DNA from: Candidatus Parvarchaeota archaeon
Lineage (GTDB): Archaea > Nanobdellota > Nanobdellia > JAAOXT01
Direction of reading: 5' to 3'
Assembly (NCBI GenBank): GCA_017609605.1
Contig: JAFCDO010000007.1
Location: 17,997-81,996 of the forward strand
DNA length: 64,000 nucleotides
Below are positions 29,466-38,577 of the stretch, one piece after another. The notes beneath the pieces are model-generated. The model saw only the letters and a program-made list of their open reading frames with translations. It did not search any database and was not told the origin of the DNA. The number at the start of each line of letters is the position of its first letter. Position 1 is the first letter of the stretch. Made by a program: the position numbers and the translations under genes.

Positions 29466-29972
29466 TTAAAACCTAACTTTTTTTAACATTTGTTTGCGTT
29501 TGATTATTTTATAAGCCGTTCCGTGCTTGGACCCGGAGAGCAGTGAATTAATCACTTCTCTAGCGTCCAGAACGTTTTCCATTCGACCCATTATCCCAAT
29601 GGTTTTGCCGAAAACACTGATTTTCGTGTTTGTCAGTTTTTCAACGTTTCTTTTCGCTTTTCCTTTCTCGCCGATAACCCTGCCACGCAATCGGATCATA
29701 TCGTTTTTCGATTTTCCTGCGAAATCTTTTATTTCAATTATTTCTAAGGTCGTGTCATCCCCTGTTAGGAGCAGTGCTTCGTGCGGCTTGAATCCCCGGG
29801 CAACTGCTTTAACAACTTTTTGAGCGTTGTAAGCTTGTATTGATTCTCCTTCAATCGTTACTTCGCCTTCAGGAGTTATCGTGATGTGAGTATCAGTTTT
29901 TTCCTCAATTTTTTTTTTGATCCTCTCCAAATTCTTTAAGTTCTCTTTTGGAATTATTATGCTTTCTATCAT
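29466..29972 (-). CDS. KH-domain RNA-binding protein (archaeal Dim2/Pno1-like)
   Basis: Two KH-like units with GxxG ([12 protein letters not shown]). Conserved position next to the Rio kinase. Confidence 0.7.
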   Translation of the reverse strand: MIESIIIPKENLKNLERIKKKIEEKTDTHITITPEGEVTIEGESIQAYNAQKVVKAVARGFKPHEALLLTGDDTTLEIIEIKDFAGKSKNDMIRLRGRVIGEKGKAKRNVEKLTNTKISVFGKTIGIMGRMENVLDAREVINSLLSGSKHGTAYKIIKRKQMLKKVRF

Positions 29973-30658
29973 TTGAGTTTGTCAATTATCCTCTTTTCAT
30001 TCTTGGTTTTCACACCGAGTTTTGAAAACCAGGCGTTCACGTTTTTTATGTCCCGCTCCAAAAGTTTTTGGAATAACGGGTGTTCCTTAAGGATTCCTTG
30101 CGAAAAATCAATTATGACTGGTTTCTCTTCGTTGTTTAAAACGTTGTATTCGCTTAAGTCACCATGAACAAGACATTCCTTTTTATAAAGCTTTTTTATG
30201 CTGGAGAGCATGCTTTTATACCATGCTCCAGGATCGCGTGGATGGGCGTCTTTGGCTCTCTGGGAGGGGTTTTCGTTCTTTCCAATGAACTCCATTATCA
30301 GCACGTTTTTATTGAATTTTATTGGTTCTGGACAATCAACTCCAGCTCTTCTTGCTTTGGCCAGGTTGGAGAATTCTTTTTCAGCCCACGCGTAAATAAT
30401 GTTTGGGAAGCTTTTCTTGACGTGGAAGAATCTTGGGTCCCCGTACAAGTAATCCCACATTTTATCAAACTTTAATTTTTCAATCATGTAGATTTTGATG
30501 GCTAATGGTTTGCCGTCTTTTTCGGCTAGAAAAACTGTTGATTCTTTGCCTGACGAGATCACGCCTTTTATAGAGTCATAATATTTTTTGCGTCTTAACA
30601 AGCTCAGACTTCTAACTGTTCTTCTATCAAAAACGTCTCCGAAAACTTTTCCAGCCAT
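29969..30658 (-). CDS. rio1: RIO-type serine protein kinase (Rio1-like)
   Basis: ISSGKESTVFLA (nucleotide loop), LVHGDLSEYNVL (catalytic loop), IIDFSQG (metal-binding loop). Confidence 0.88.
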   Translation of the reverse strand: MAGKVFGDVFDRRTVRSLSLLRRKKYYDSIKGVISSGKESTVFLAEKDGKPLAIKIYMIEKLKFDKMWDYLYGDPRFFHVKKSFPNIIYAWAEKEFSNLAKARRAGVDCPEPIKFNKNVLIMEFIGKNENPSQRAKDAHPRDPGAWYKSMLSSIKKLYKKECLVHGDLSEYNVLNNEEKPVIIDFSQGILKEHPLFQKLLERDIKNVNAWFSKLGVKTKNEKRIIDKLK

Positions 30659-30695
30659 TGCTTAATTATGTATTGATTCCTTAATAAAAAGTCTT

Positions 30696-31037
30696 TTAGA
30701 ACTCTTCAAGCTCTTTTAAGAAACCTTTATTTCTGAGCCAAGCAATCTGTGATTTAGAATACTTGTAAATAACGTCTCCTCTTTTGTCGCCTTCAAGGTC
30801 CCATGGTTTCACGAGAACGACGTGGTGGGGTCTAACCCACATTCTTCTCAGAAACCTTCCGGGAATCCGGCAGTTCCTCACTTTTTCGTCAGCGCAGCGA
30901 ACATACATTTTCGCGTGGCTTAAAAGCTGTTCGACAATGCCAATCACTTCATTGTCTCTGGGAGTCCTGACCCTGACTATCTCGCCAGAACCGACGACTT
31001 CTCTGTGTTTTTCCCCTGATTTTTGTTTAATGACCAT
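30696..31037 (-). CDS. eif1a: Translation initiation factor aIF-1A
   Basis: S1-like OB core VIGIVEQLLSHAKMYVRCADEKVRNCRIPGRFLRRMWVRPHHVVLVKPW. Confidence 0.9.
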   Translation of the reverse strand: MVIKQKSGEKHREVVGSGEIVRVRTPRDNEVIGIVEQLLSHAKMYVRCADEKVRNCRIPGRFLRRMWVRPHHVVLVKPWDLEGDKRGDVIYKYSKSQIAWLRNKGFLKELEEF

Positions 31038-31064
31038 TTCTTTTTAGGATTAGAGCCTTAAGTT

Positions 31065-31373
31065 TTATATAATCTTGGCGGTTTGCGCGTGCGGGACTCC
31101 TTGGAAGAGTATAACGTTATTCTTTTCGATTAGGCCTGCCTTGACTCCGATTTGAACCGCTTCTTCTCCGAAAAAGTTTGTTGTAGTGGCGTGCTCCAAC
31201 TCTTTTAGAATCCTTTCTTCCCCCGCTTTTTCTCCTTTATAGAATCTAGGGTTGATGAAAACTTTTGCGCCTTCGCTTTCCAAAGTTTTTCCAAGTATAT
31301 TGGCGTCACAGACAGCAACGATTTTTTCGTAAATCCCTCCTTGAAAAACTTCGTGAACTTTAACGTACATCAT
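31065..31373 (-). CDS. DUF424-family protein
   Basis: 102 aa, IVAVCDANILGK...FYKGE...GVPHAQ. Typical archaeal partner of the aIF2-beta gene. Confidence 0.6.
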   Translation of the reverse strand: MMYVKVHEVFQGGIYEKIVAVCDANILGKTLESEGAKVFINPRFYKGEKAGEERILKELEHATTTNFFGEEAVQIGVKAGLIEKNNVILFQGVPHAQTAKII

Positions 31374-31777
31374 TTTAGTGATTTAACTGATTGTTTTGCG
31401 CCGCAGACACCGCATTTCATGAAAGTAATCCTGTCTTCACGGATTAGTTTGGTTTCTGGTTTTTTACATTCATTACAGTAAACATATTCGTCTAAGAACT
31501 TGTCAAACAAATCTTGCAATCTTTTTCTGCCAAATCTTCCTATGAATATAGCTGAATGGTCCTTTAATTCTCCAGCAGTTGCAAGCCCTCTTAGAAAGAA
31601 TTTAAAAACCTGTTCTTTTTTTCTGTTAATCGTGTTGCATATTTGCGAAAAGTTTGTTAGTACCGTCTTGTTTCCTTGCTGAATTGATTGGATTAAAGGA
31701 ATGTTGAATCTGGATGTTTCAGAGCTAACGCTGGGAAGAGATTCGTAAGCTTTTTTCAACATTTTTTCGTAATCCAT
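31370..31777 (-). CDS. eif2b: Translation initiation factor aIF-2 beta subunit
   Basis: C-terminal Zn ribbon YVYCNECKKPETKL...FMKCGVCGA; N-terminal DYEKMLKKAYESLP. Confidence 0.9.
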   Translation of the reverse strand: MDYEKMLKKAYESLPSVSSETSRFNIPLIQSIQQGNKTVLTNFSQICNTINRKKEQVFKFFLRGLATAGELKDHSAIFIGRFGRKRLQDLFDKFLDEYVYCNECKKPETKLIREDRITFMKCGVCGAKQSVKSLK

Positions 31778-31785
31778 CTTTTTTT

Positions 31786-32367
31786 TTATTCCAACATTTT
31801 TAGCGTGTTAGGTTTTGGCTCGAAAACCACTCCTTTCTCTAATAGTTCGCTAACAATGTTTTCAACGTCCTTTTTAGCGAGCCCCGATTCCTCAACAATT
31901 TCATCAAAACTAGTGCCATTATCCGAAAATTTTTTGAGCACTTTTAAAACTTGGTTTTTTGATGTTTCAGGCACTTCCTCTTTTTTGCTGAGCTCAATCT
32001 TCCTTAACAGCCAAGAATTAGGGTTTAAGACCTTTTTTATGCTTATCGGTGATAAATAAACATTTTTTTCGAATTCGCGCACCCCTGCTATCACGTTAAC
32101 CATATCCCCAACAAGAATGCCCTCCATTTTTTTGGTGTTTTCTTTAAAAAATCTTAGGCTTATGACTCCTGTCCCGTCATCAATGTTTGAGAACACGAAC
32201 ATTCTTTCTTTATTTTCGAATTTGTGCATGACTGTTCCGATAACGTTGATTCTTCCAATCTTTTTGCCATCAATTAAAACCAGTTCTTTGCCGTTTTCCT
32301 TTATTGGAACGCCTGATTTGATTGTTTTGACGTCGCATTTTAGCGCGGTTGGTTGTTTGGTATGCAT
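31786..32367 (-). CDS. OB-fold plus C-terminal winged-helix protein (RPA32/Stn1-like ssDNA-binding subunit)
   Basis: OB core GRINVIGTV...IDDGTGVISLRFF...GDMVNVIAGVREF. C-terminal wHTH VLKVLKKF...FDEIVEESGLAKKDVENIVSELLEKGVVFE. Immediately downstream of mcm. Confidence 0.55.
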   Translation of the reverse strand: MHTKQPTALKCDVKTIKSGVPIKENGKELVLIDGKKIGRINVIGTVMHKFENKERMFVFSNIDDGTGVISLRFFKENTKKMEGILVGDMVNVIAGVREFEKNVYLSPISIKKVLNPNSWLLRKIELSKKEEVPETSKNQVLKVLKKFSDNGTSFDEIVEESGLAKKDVENIVSELLEKGVVFEPKPNTLKMLE

Positions 32368-32369
32368 TT

Positions 32370-34400
32370 TTAGATTACTCTCCTGATAAAACCAGGTCTT
32401 GGCTCAAATATTTCTCCTTGTTGCCTCATCTTTTTCAAAATCTCTTCTGTTTTAGCAGGGTCCACTCCTTTTTCAGCGGATTCCCTGGTAATTTCTTCTA
32501 TTGGAATTCCTTCTTTGTATTGGCTTTCGAGAATTTTTATCACGTCTTGAATTGTCATTATCCTGTTGCGCTGCAGAGAAGTTATTCCTGATACGAGGCG
32601 GTCAATGTCCAGTTCTCCTGTTTCAGGGTCTGTGCCCACTTGTTTCAAACAGAAAGTAAGAAGTCTTATGGCTCGTTCAGAATCTTTCTTATCGCACACT
32701 TTGTTAAGCTTCACGCGAGCACTGGCTTCAGTCATTCTTATCAGTCCTTCAAGTTGTCTGGCGTTTATGGGAATAGCTCGGGTCCTGGCTTCGGTGTCGG
32801 TTACAGCTTTGTTTCTGATGTTAACGTAAAAATCAATGATGGTTTTTGACGCTGCATCGCTGAGGACGGGTTTTGAATTTTTTTTGGCGTAAGTCAAATA
32901 CTTTCTTAAAAAAGCTGAGTCAATAGTGCTTCTTTCAAGTTCAGGGTTCTTATGGGATTCAATAATGTGAGTGGCAATCCTGGTGTCCTCCTCCTTAGCT
33001 GGAACGTCTCTTATAGGGAATATGAGGTCAAAACGGTTTAGTAGAGTGGTCGGCAAATCTATCTGGTCAGGGATGGGGGTGTAAGGATCAAATCGTCCTA
33101 GTTTGGGGTTGGCTGCAGCGAGCACAGTGGTTTGAGCCATTAGGGTTGCGTGAATATTGGCCTTGTTAATAGTAACGGTTTGTTGCTCAAGTGCTTCGTG
33201 CATGGCAACCCTGTCGTCCTTGTTCATCTTGTCTAGTTCGTCAATGCAGGCAATGCCTTTGTTGGCTAGGACTAGCGCGCCAGCTTCAAGACTCCATCCT
33301 TTGAGAAATTCGTCTTTTACCACGCTCGCAGTCAAGCCCGCGGAAGTCGTTCCTTTACCGCTAACGTAAACTGCTTTGGGAGTCATTCCTGAAACATATT
33401 TAAGTATTTGTGATTTCCCGGTTCCAGGGTCTCCTATGAGAAGAATGTGCATATCCCCCCTAATCTTGGTTCCATCAACCATTTTTTTTTGCACGCCCCC
33501 AAACATTTGAAGAACAATGGCTTCTTTGACTTCTTTGTGACCGAAAATTGTTGGGGCAATAGATTTTATGAAAGTGTCATAGACTTTTTTGGACTTTGAC
33601 AATTCTTTAATTCTCTTCAAATCCCCCTCATCAACTACCATTAATTGATCGTAATCTTCTTCCATGGCCACGACGTTGTTAGCTTCTACAATGATGTCAT
33701 ACCGGGTCGATTTTTTTCCTGATGAATCAGTTATGGGGATTTCTTTAACTATTCCTATAACAGAGACTCTTGAACCTGGAGTGACTGTTTTCTCTATTTT
33801 CGGGTCTACAAGGTCTGCCTGCAAGAAAACGCTTATCCTTTTTGGTTGTTCTCCACCTATCATGAGTTCAGGAGCTTCTTCAACCACAATTCTTTGAGTG
33901 TCCACGAGTTCTTGGTCATGAACTTTAAACCTGCCTTTTCTACCGCAAGTGCACCTGCTCGGCTCCTTGATGCTTAAACCTGTTTGCTCGACTAAGATGT
34001 GTGTTCCGCAACTAGGACACTCATAAGTTATCATGGACGCGACTGGTCGGACGTCGCTGGCCTGCCTTATCATCCCGTCAAAAAAAAGAAGTTTTTTCAA
34101 GTGCTTGCTCCTGATATCCCGTATCCTTACTTTTTGACTGTCAGGAATATTCAAAAAACGAGGTATGGGTTTGAAACTCTCAACGGAAGGCAGGTCGATT
34201 TCTTCTATAGCTTTATGAAACTTTTTGATTATGTCCAAAGGTTTTTCGAGAAGTTTATCCGCTAATTCAGGCTCTTCTTCCTCAAGTTTTTTGTAATCTA
34301 TTATGATGAGGTTGTTCTGGTTTTTCAACGCTAAGAGTAAGTTTTTGTAGTAACATCTTCTTATGAAATCTTCCAGGACGCTTACATCATTTTCTTTCAT
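32370..34400 (-). CDS. mcm: MCM replicative helicase
   Basis: Zn motif CPSCG...CTCG; Walker A GDPGTGKSQ; Walker B CIDELDKM; Arg-finger region LNRFDLIF; C-terminal wHTH. Confidence 0.95.
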   Translation of the reverse strand: MKENDVSVLEDFIRRCYYKNLLLALKNQNNLIIIDYKKLEEEEPELADKLLEKPLDIIKKFHKAIEEIDLPSVESFKPIPRFLNIPDSQKVRIRDIRSKHLKKLLFFDGMIRQASDVRPVASMITYECPSCGTHILVEQTGLSIKEPSRCTCGRKGRFKVHDQELVDTQRIVVEEAPELMIGGEQPKRISVFLQADLVDPKIEKTVTPGSRVSVIGIVKEIPITDSSGKKSTRYDIIVEANNVVAMEEDYDQLMVVDEGDLKRIKELSKSKKVYDTFIKSIAPTIFGHKEVKEAIVLQMFGGVQKKMVDGTKIRGDMHILLIGDPGTGKSQILKYVSGMTPKAVYVSGKGTTSAGLTASVVKDEFLKGWSLEAGALVLANKGIACIDELDKMNKDDRVAMHEALEQQTVTINKANIHATLMAQTTVLAAANPKLGRFDPYTPIPDQIDLPTTLLNRFDLIFPIRDVPAKEEDTRIATHIIESHKNPELERSTIDSAFLRKYLTYAKKNSKPVLSDAASKTIIDFYVNIRNKAVTDTEARTRAIPINARQLEGLIRMTEASARVKLNKVCDKKDSERAIRLLTFCLKQVGTDPETGELDIDRLVSGITSLQRNRIMTIQDVIKILESQYKEGIPIEEITRESAEKGVDPAKTEEILKKMRQQGEIFEPRPGFIRRVI

Positions 34401-34939
34401 TTCTTTTTGAGATCAATTAGGGTTTTGTATAATTCCTTGACAGTTTTTTTGATTTCTCGCTCGTTTTTCGCTCCAGTGCAAACTATTTTTCCAGTTCCGA
34501 ATAATAGAATAGTTACTCGAGAGTTCGGCACTTTGTAAACCAGTCCTGGAAATTGTTCAGGCTCGTACTCTGAAGATTCTAACTGGAATGCCAATTCGTT
34601 TAAGTTAAGTTTTAATCCGAGGTCTCCTGAGGCGACCATGTTCTGAATTTCTATGTCAGGTTCTTTAGTTACTTTAACTCCTATAGTTGAGATTTCTTTA
34701 ATTATTTTTTGAACTGCTTCATGAACAATTGGAATTGTTCTAGCGCCAGTGCAGACAATCTTTCCCGAGCTGAAAAGCAGGGCAGAAACCTTCGGGTCTT
34801 TTAGTCTCAGGACCAGTCCTGGAAATTGTTCAGGTTGGTATTCAGTGTTTATTAGTTCTGCGGAAGCTTTTTCCAAAGGTATTTTTGAGTGTATGTTGAC
34901 GCTTGCAACGATGTTCACAACAGTTGTTGTTATAGCCAT
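34397..34939 (-). CDS. tbp: TATA-box binding protein
   Basis: Two direct repeats: EQFPGLVLRL..LLFSSGKIVCTGA and EQFPGLVYKV..LLFGTGKIVCTGA. Confidence 0.95.
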   Translation of the reverse strand: MAITTTVVNIVASVNIHSKIPLEKASAELINTEYQPEQFPGLVLRLKDPKVSALLFSSGKIVCTGARTIPIVHEAVQKIIKEISTIGVKVTKEPDIEIQNMVASGDLGLKLNLNELAFQLESSEYEPEQFPGLVYKVPNSRVTILLFGTGKIVCTGAKNEREIKKTVKELYKTLIDLKKK

Positions 34940-34999
34940 ATTTTTTTTTCACCATTTATTTTTTTTTTTGCTCCGTAATAGGTGAGCAAAATTTATAAA

Positions 35000-35013
35000 C
35001 CCTTTATAAAGGG
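35000..35013. promoter_or_regulatory. Perfect 14-bp palindrome containing a TATA-like core, in the tbp / TRAM divergent intergenic region
   Basis: ccctttataaaggg is its own reverse complement. A second atttataaa lies directly 5' of it (34991-34999). Confidence 0.3.
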
Positions 35014-35123
35014 AAGTGAAAAGTCTTTTCTTTAAAACATTGTGGTATTTGTTGACATAGTTTTATTAACAAGGAAGAATACTATATTACTTCAAGAAAA
35101 AAAAATGTTTTTCGGGTGACCTA

Positions 35124-35333
35124 ATGGAATTTGATAAGTTCATCCCCGTGCGAGTTGGGGACAAGCATGAAGTGAAAATAATGAGTCAAGGCGAAAAAGG
35201 CGATGGCATTGTTAAAATTAACGGTTACATTGTTTTCGTTCCTGAAGCAGAGGCAAGCAAGAAGTATAATATAGAGATTACGAAAACGTTTCCGAGATTT
35301 GGTTTCGGAAAAGTGCTTAATGAAGTAGATTAA
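35124..35333 (+). CDS. TRAM-domain protein
   Basis: 69 aa; VGDKHEVKI..QGEKGDGIVKINGYIVFVP...YNIEITK..PRFGFGKVL is the TRAM beta-barrel pattern. Confidence 0.8.
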   Translation: MEFDKFIPVRVGDKHEVKIMSQGEKGDGIVKINGYIVFVPEAEASKKYNIEITKTFPRFGFGKVLNEVD

Positions 35334-35410
35334 AAATTATTTTTTTCTTTTCTTTTTTTATCTTGTATAAGATAAATATTAATAAACTCCTTCATTTTTT
35401 CATTAATCTT

Positions 35411-36376
35411 ATGGAGATATGGACTGAGAAGTACCGGCCGAAAAAACTTGATGAAATAATCGGGCAAAAAAACGTTGTTAAAAGACTTAAACAATTTGTT
35501 AAGAACAAGAACCTTCCCCACGTGCTTTTCGCGGGCCCAGCAGGGATTGGGAAAACCTCTTGCGCTCTCGCCATAGCCCAGCAACTTTACGGAGATGACT
35601 GGTCTCTTAATTTCTTCGAACTTAATGCGAGCGATGAGAGAGGAATAGATGTTATTCGCGGAAAAATCAAGGATTTCGCTCGAACCATGCCTTTAGGAGA
35701 AGCACCTTTCAAAATAATAATGCTCGACGAGTCAGATGCTTTGACGCGCGAAGCCCAGCAAGCCTTGAGAAGAATGATGGAAAAATACACTAGAACTTGC
35801 AGGTTCATTCTTTCGTGCAATTACTCTTCAAAAATTATTGACCCAATACAATCCAGGTGCGCTGTTTTCAGGTTCAAGCCTATTGACAAAGAAGACATAT
35901 TGATGCATTTAAGCGAAATTGCTAAGAAGGAGAAACTCAAGATATCTTCAGACGTAAAAGTTAATGAGAATCCGGTTTTCCTAGCCATCCATGACGCTTC
36001 AGAAGGAGACATGCGTAAAGCAATAAACCTTCTGCAGTCGTGCTCGGTGGTGGAGGGAAAGATAACCTCAGACACGGTTTTTGAAGTAGCTTCTTACGCT
36101 AGACCCTCTGAAATTAAGAGGGTGGTGGAGCAAGCAGTTTCAGGCAAACTCGTCGAAGCAAGAAATCTTTTGTTCGACACCATGCTAAAATATGGTTTAA
36201 GCGGGCTGGACGCGGTCAAGCAACTGCAAAAAATGGTGATGCAATTGGACATGCCCGCTCAAAAAACGGCTTTGGCTGTTCAAAAAGTGGCTGAGTGCGA
36301 GTTCCGGTTAGTGGAAGGAGCTGATCCTTACATACAATTGGAAGCCCTGCTCGCAGGTTTTATGCTATTAAAATGA
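35411..36376 (+). CDS. rfcS: Replication factor C small subunit
   Basis: Start MEIWTEKYRPKKLDEIIGQ (ATG 35411; the longer track ORF adds 16 implausible aa). GPAGIGKTS, LDESDALT, QSRCAVFRF (SRC motif). Confidence 0.95.
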   Translation: MEIWTEKYRPKKLDEIIGQKNVVKRLKQFVKNKNLPHVLFAGPAGIGKTSCALAIAQQLYGDDWSLNFFELNASDERGIDVIRGKIKDFARTMPLGEAPFKIIMLDESDALTREAQQALRRMMEKYTRTCRFILSCNYSSKIIDPIQSRCAVFRFKPIDKEDILMHLSEIAKKEKLKISSDVKVNENPVFLAIHDASEGDMRKAINLLQSCSVVEGKITSDTVFEVASYARPSEIKRVVEQAVSGKLVEARNLLFDTMLKYGLSGLDAVKQLQKMVMQLDMPAQKTALAVQKVAECEFRLVEGADPYIQLEALLAGFMLLK

Positions 36377-37584
36377 GTTCTGAACCTTGGGTTAGGAAAT
36401 ACTTTCCTAACAACTCAAAAGGAATTGTTGGAAACAAAAAAGTAGTGCAAAGACTCTTAGAATTCGTGCAAGACTACAAGAAACAGAAGAAAAAAGCGGT
36501 GCTCTTGGTTGGAGGCACGGGAGTTGGCAAAACCGCGAGTGTTTACGCCGTCGCGGCAGAGTTGAACTATGAACTCTTGGAAATCAATTCTTCTCAAGTG
36601 ATGAATGCGGACTCAGTGAAAAACGTGATTGGCAACGCGGCTAACACCATGAGTTTAACTGGCAGGGGAAAAATTATTCTAATTGATGACGTGGACGCTT
36701 TTTCAGGAAGAAAAGATAGAGGAGGAATAAGCGAAATAATTGATGTCATAAAGAAAAGCGGAAACCCGATAATATTGACTGCGCTCAACCAATGGAACCA
36801 GAAATTAAGAACTCTTAAGAATCACGCGGAAGTCCTTCAATTCAGGAAACTCATGAAATCCCAAATAAAAGTCTTGCTGAAGCTAATAGCTGACAGTGAA
36901 GAACTATGTTTAGAGCAAGGAGTTATAGAATTAGTGGCAGAAAAATCCGGGGGGGACATGAGAGCAGCCATAACTGACTTGGAAGTCCTGACAACAGGAG
37001 GAAAAGTGTTGCAACAAGACGTTGAAACCCTTGGTTACAGGGAGAAAACGCTGGGAGTGTTCGAGGTCTTGGATAAAATGTTTCATTCGCAGGATTATCA
37101 TGAGATTGTTAAAGCTGTGAGGAACTCTGACGTCAATCTTGATGAACTGTTGTTATGGGTTGCGGAAAACCTTCCTCGTCGCGTTAAAGACAGGGATTCG
37201 TTGATAAAAGCTTATGAAACCTTGGCTGAAGCAGACCTTTTTCGCGCCAGGATTAGGAAGCGTCAGCACTGGAGGTTTCTGGTTTACGTTCAAGACTTGT
37301 TAGTGCTCGCAGTCATGCTTGCTGAGAAGGACAGGGGTTGGTTTAGGACTGAGCGGCCTTCCAAGATAGCAAAGCTTTGGAAAACTAAGTCCGAGCGAAA
37401 CGTTCGCGCAAGCATTAGCGCAGCCTTTGCCGAGAACTGTCACACGAGCGCGAGGCAGGCAGAAAAAATTTACCTTCCTTTTTTAAAAACTTTAAGTCTT
37501 GTGAACTGGAAAAAAGCGAGTGAGCTCTGCGCCAGCTTAAAACTAGGTGAGAAAGAAGTTGAATGGCTGAAAAATTCTACTTGA
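36373..37584 (+). CDS. rfcL: Replication factor C large subunit
   Basis: PWVRKYFPNN, Walker A GGTGVGKTA, Walker B ILIDDVDA. ATGA overlap with rfcS. Confidence 0.85.
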   Translation: MSSEPWVRKYFPNNSKGIVGNKKVVQRLLEFVQDYKKQKKKAVLLVGGTGVGKTASVYAVAAELNYELLEINSSQVMNADSVKNVIGNAANTMSLTGRGKIILIDDVDAFSGRKDRGGISEIIDVIKKSGNPIILTALNQWNQKLRTLKNHAEVLQFRKLMKSQIKVLLKLIADSEELCLEQGVIELVAEKSGGDMRAAITDLEVLTTGGKVLQQDVETLGYREKTLGVFEVLDKMFHSQDYHEIVKAVRNSDVNLDELLLWVAENLPRRVKDRDSLIKAYETLAEADLFRARIRKRQHWRFLVYVQDLLVLAVMLAEKDRGWFRTERPSKIAKLWKTKSERNVRASISAAFAENCHTSARQAEKIYLPFLKTLSLVNWKKASELCASLKLGEKEVEWLKNST

Positions 37585-38539
37585 CAGCTTTTCTTATGGC
37601 AATGCCTTTCAAGGTTCCGATGATGCAGTCTTTGTTTGAACCGCAGCCAGCGGCGTTGCCCGAGCCTATGGAGGATTGTTTTAGACAAGCAGCCCGGAAG
37701 TTATAACTAACTGAAGAGCACTTGCTGGCGTCACCGGTGAACGAGACGTACTCGATAATGCATAAATCGGTCTCGCACGCTGAAACGTTGCCTTCAAGAG
37801 CGGCTCTACAAGCAACGGAATTATCGCATACCTCAACGTTGTCAGTCATTTTAGCGACGTGATATTTCAAGCCGTAATCATCCATGTTCCCATACCTGTA
37901 CAATTGACTTGAACTGCATAAATCTGATATCGAGCACAAATCGTACAAGTAGTGCTCGCACGACCTGCTGCCGGAATCGCATAAAGACTCGTTAATCGTG
38001 GCAAATGCTAATAAGTCATAGCACTTATCCTTATTGTCACTGTTTGATTGGTTGCAGTAATCAGCACTTCCTTCAACGAGGGCTTTACACATGTTGTAGT
38101 AACCGCCTGAAAAAGAAGCGCACTCATCATTGCTTTCTTCGCTAATCTCTTCACCTGTGAGGAAGGTTGTTTTGCAGTGCTGGGTTCCTTCAAGAATGGT
38201 TGGATAACCCATGATGTCGCTCACGCCCAGTTTTTCGTAATCAATTCCTTCGCGAATAATTCTGCAATCAACACGGTGAGTAGGGTAATTGTAAGTGACT
38301 TCGCACACAGAAGTGATTCCTTCAATTCCTGCGACAGAAACGTGATACGTTTTTTCTCCCAGAATCGTGACATTGATTCCGTTAATCATTGCTTTGGATG
38401 GTTGGCAATTCTCGAGAGCTGTGTTCATGCACGCCTTATCATTTCCGCAGTCAGTAAGTTCCACAAGTTGCTCGCTGGCGCATCCCGCGAAAATAACTGT
38501 GATGAATAATAACATGAATGGCAAGGATTTTTTAACCAT
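37577..38539 (-). CDS. Cysteine-rich secreted lipoprotein (last gene of the pilus-like operon)
   Basis: Likely start MVKKSLPFMLLFITVIFAGCASEQ (lipobox FAGC; ATG 38539). By my count, 23 Cys in ~320 aa, spaced fairly regularly. Confidence 0.6.
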   Translation of the reverse strand: MVKKSLPFMLLFITVIFAGCASEQLVELTDCGNDKACMNTALENCQPSKAMINGINVTILGEKTYHVSVAGIEGITSVCEVTYNYPTHRVDCRIIREGIDYEKLGVSDIMGYPTILEGTQHCKTTFLTGEEISEESNDECASFSGGYYNMCKALVEGSADYCNQSNSDNKDKCYDLLAFATINESLCDSGSRSCEHYLYDLCSISDLCSSSQLYRYGNMDDYGLKYHVAKMTDNVEVCDNSVACRAALEGNVSACETDLCIIEYVSFTGDASKCSSVSYNFRAACLKQSSIGSGNAAGCGSNKDCIIGTLKGIAIRKAVK

Positions 38540-38577
38540 TGTAAAGAAAATTATGTGAGAAGTTCTATAAAAAACTA

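Noticed and set aside
35330-35584. 84-aa minus-strand ORF and the extended 35363 start of rfcS
   Set aside because: The minus ORF is antisense to the RFC small-subunit start region. The conserved RFC N-terminus begins at ATG 35411.
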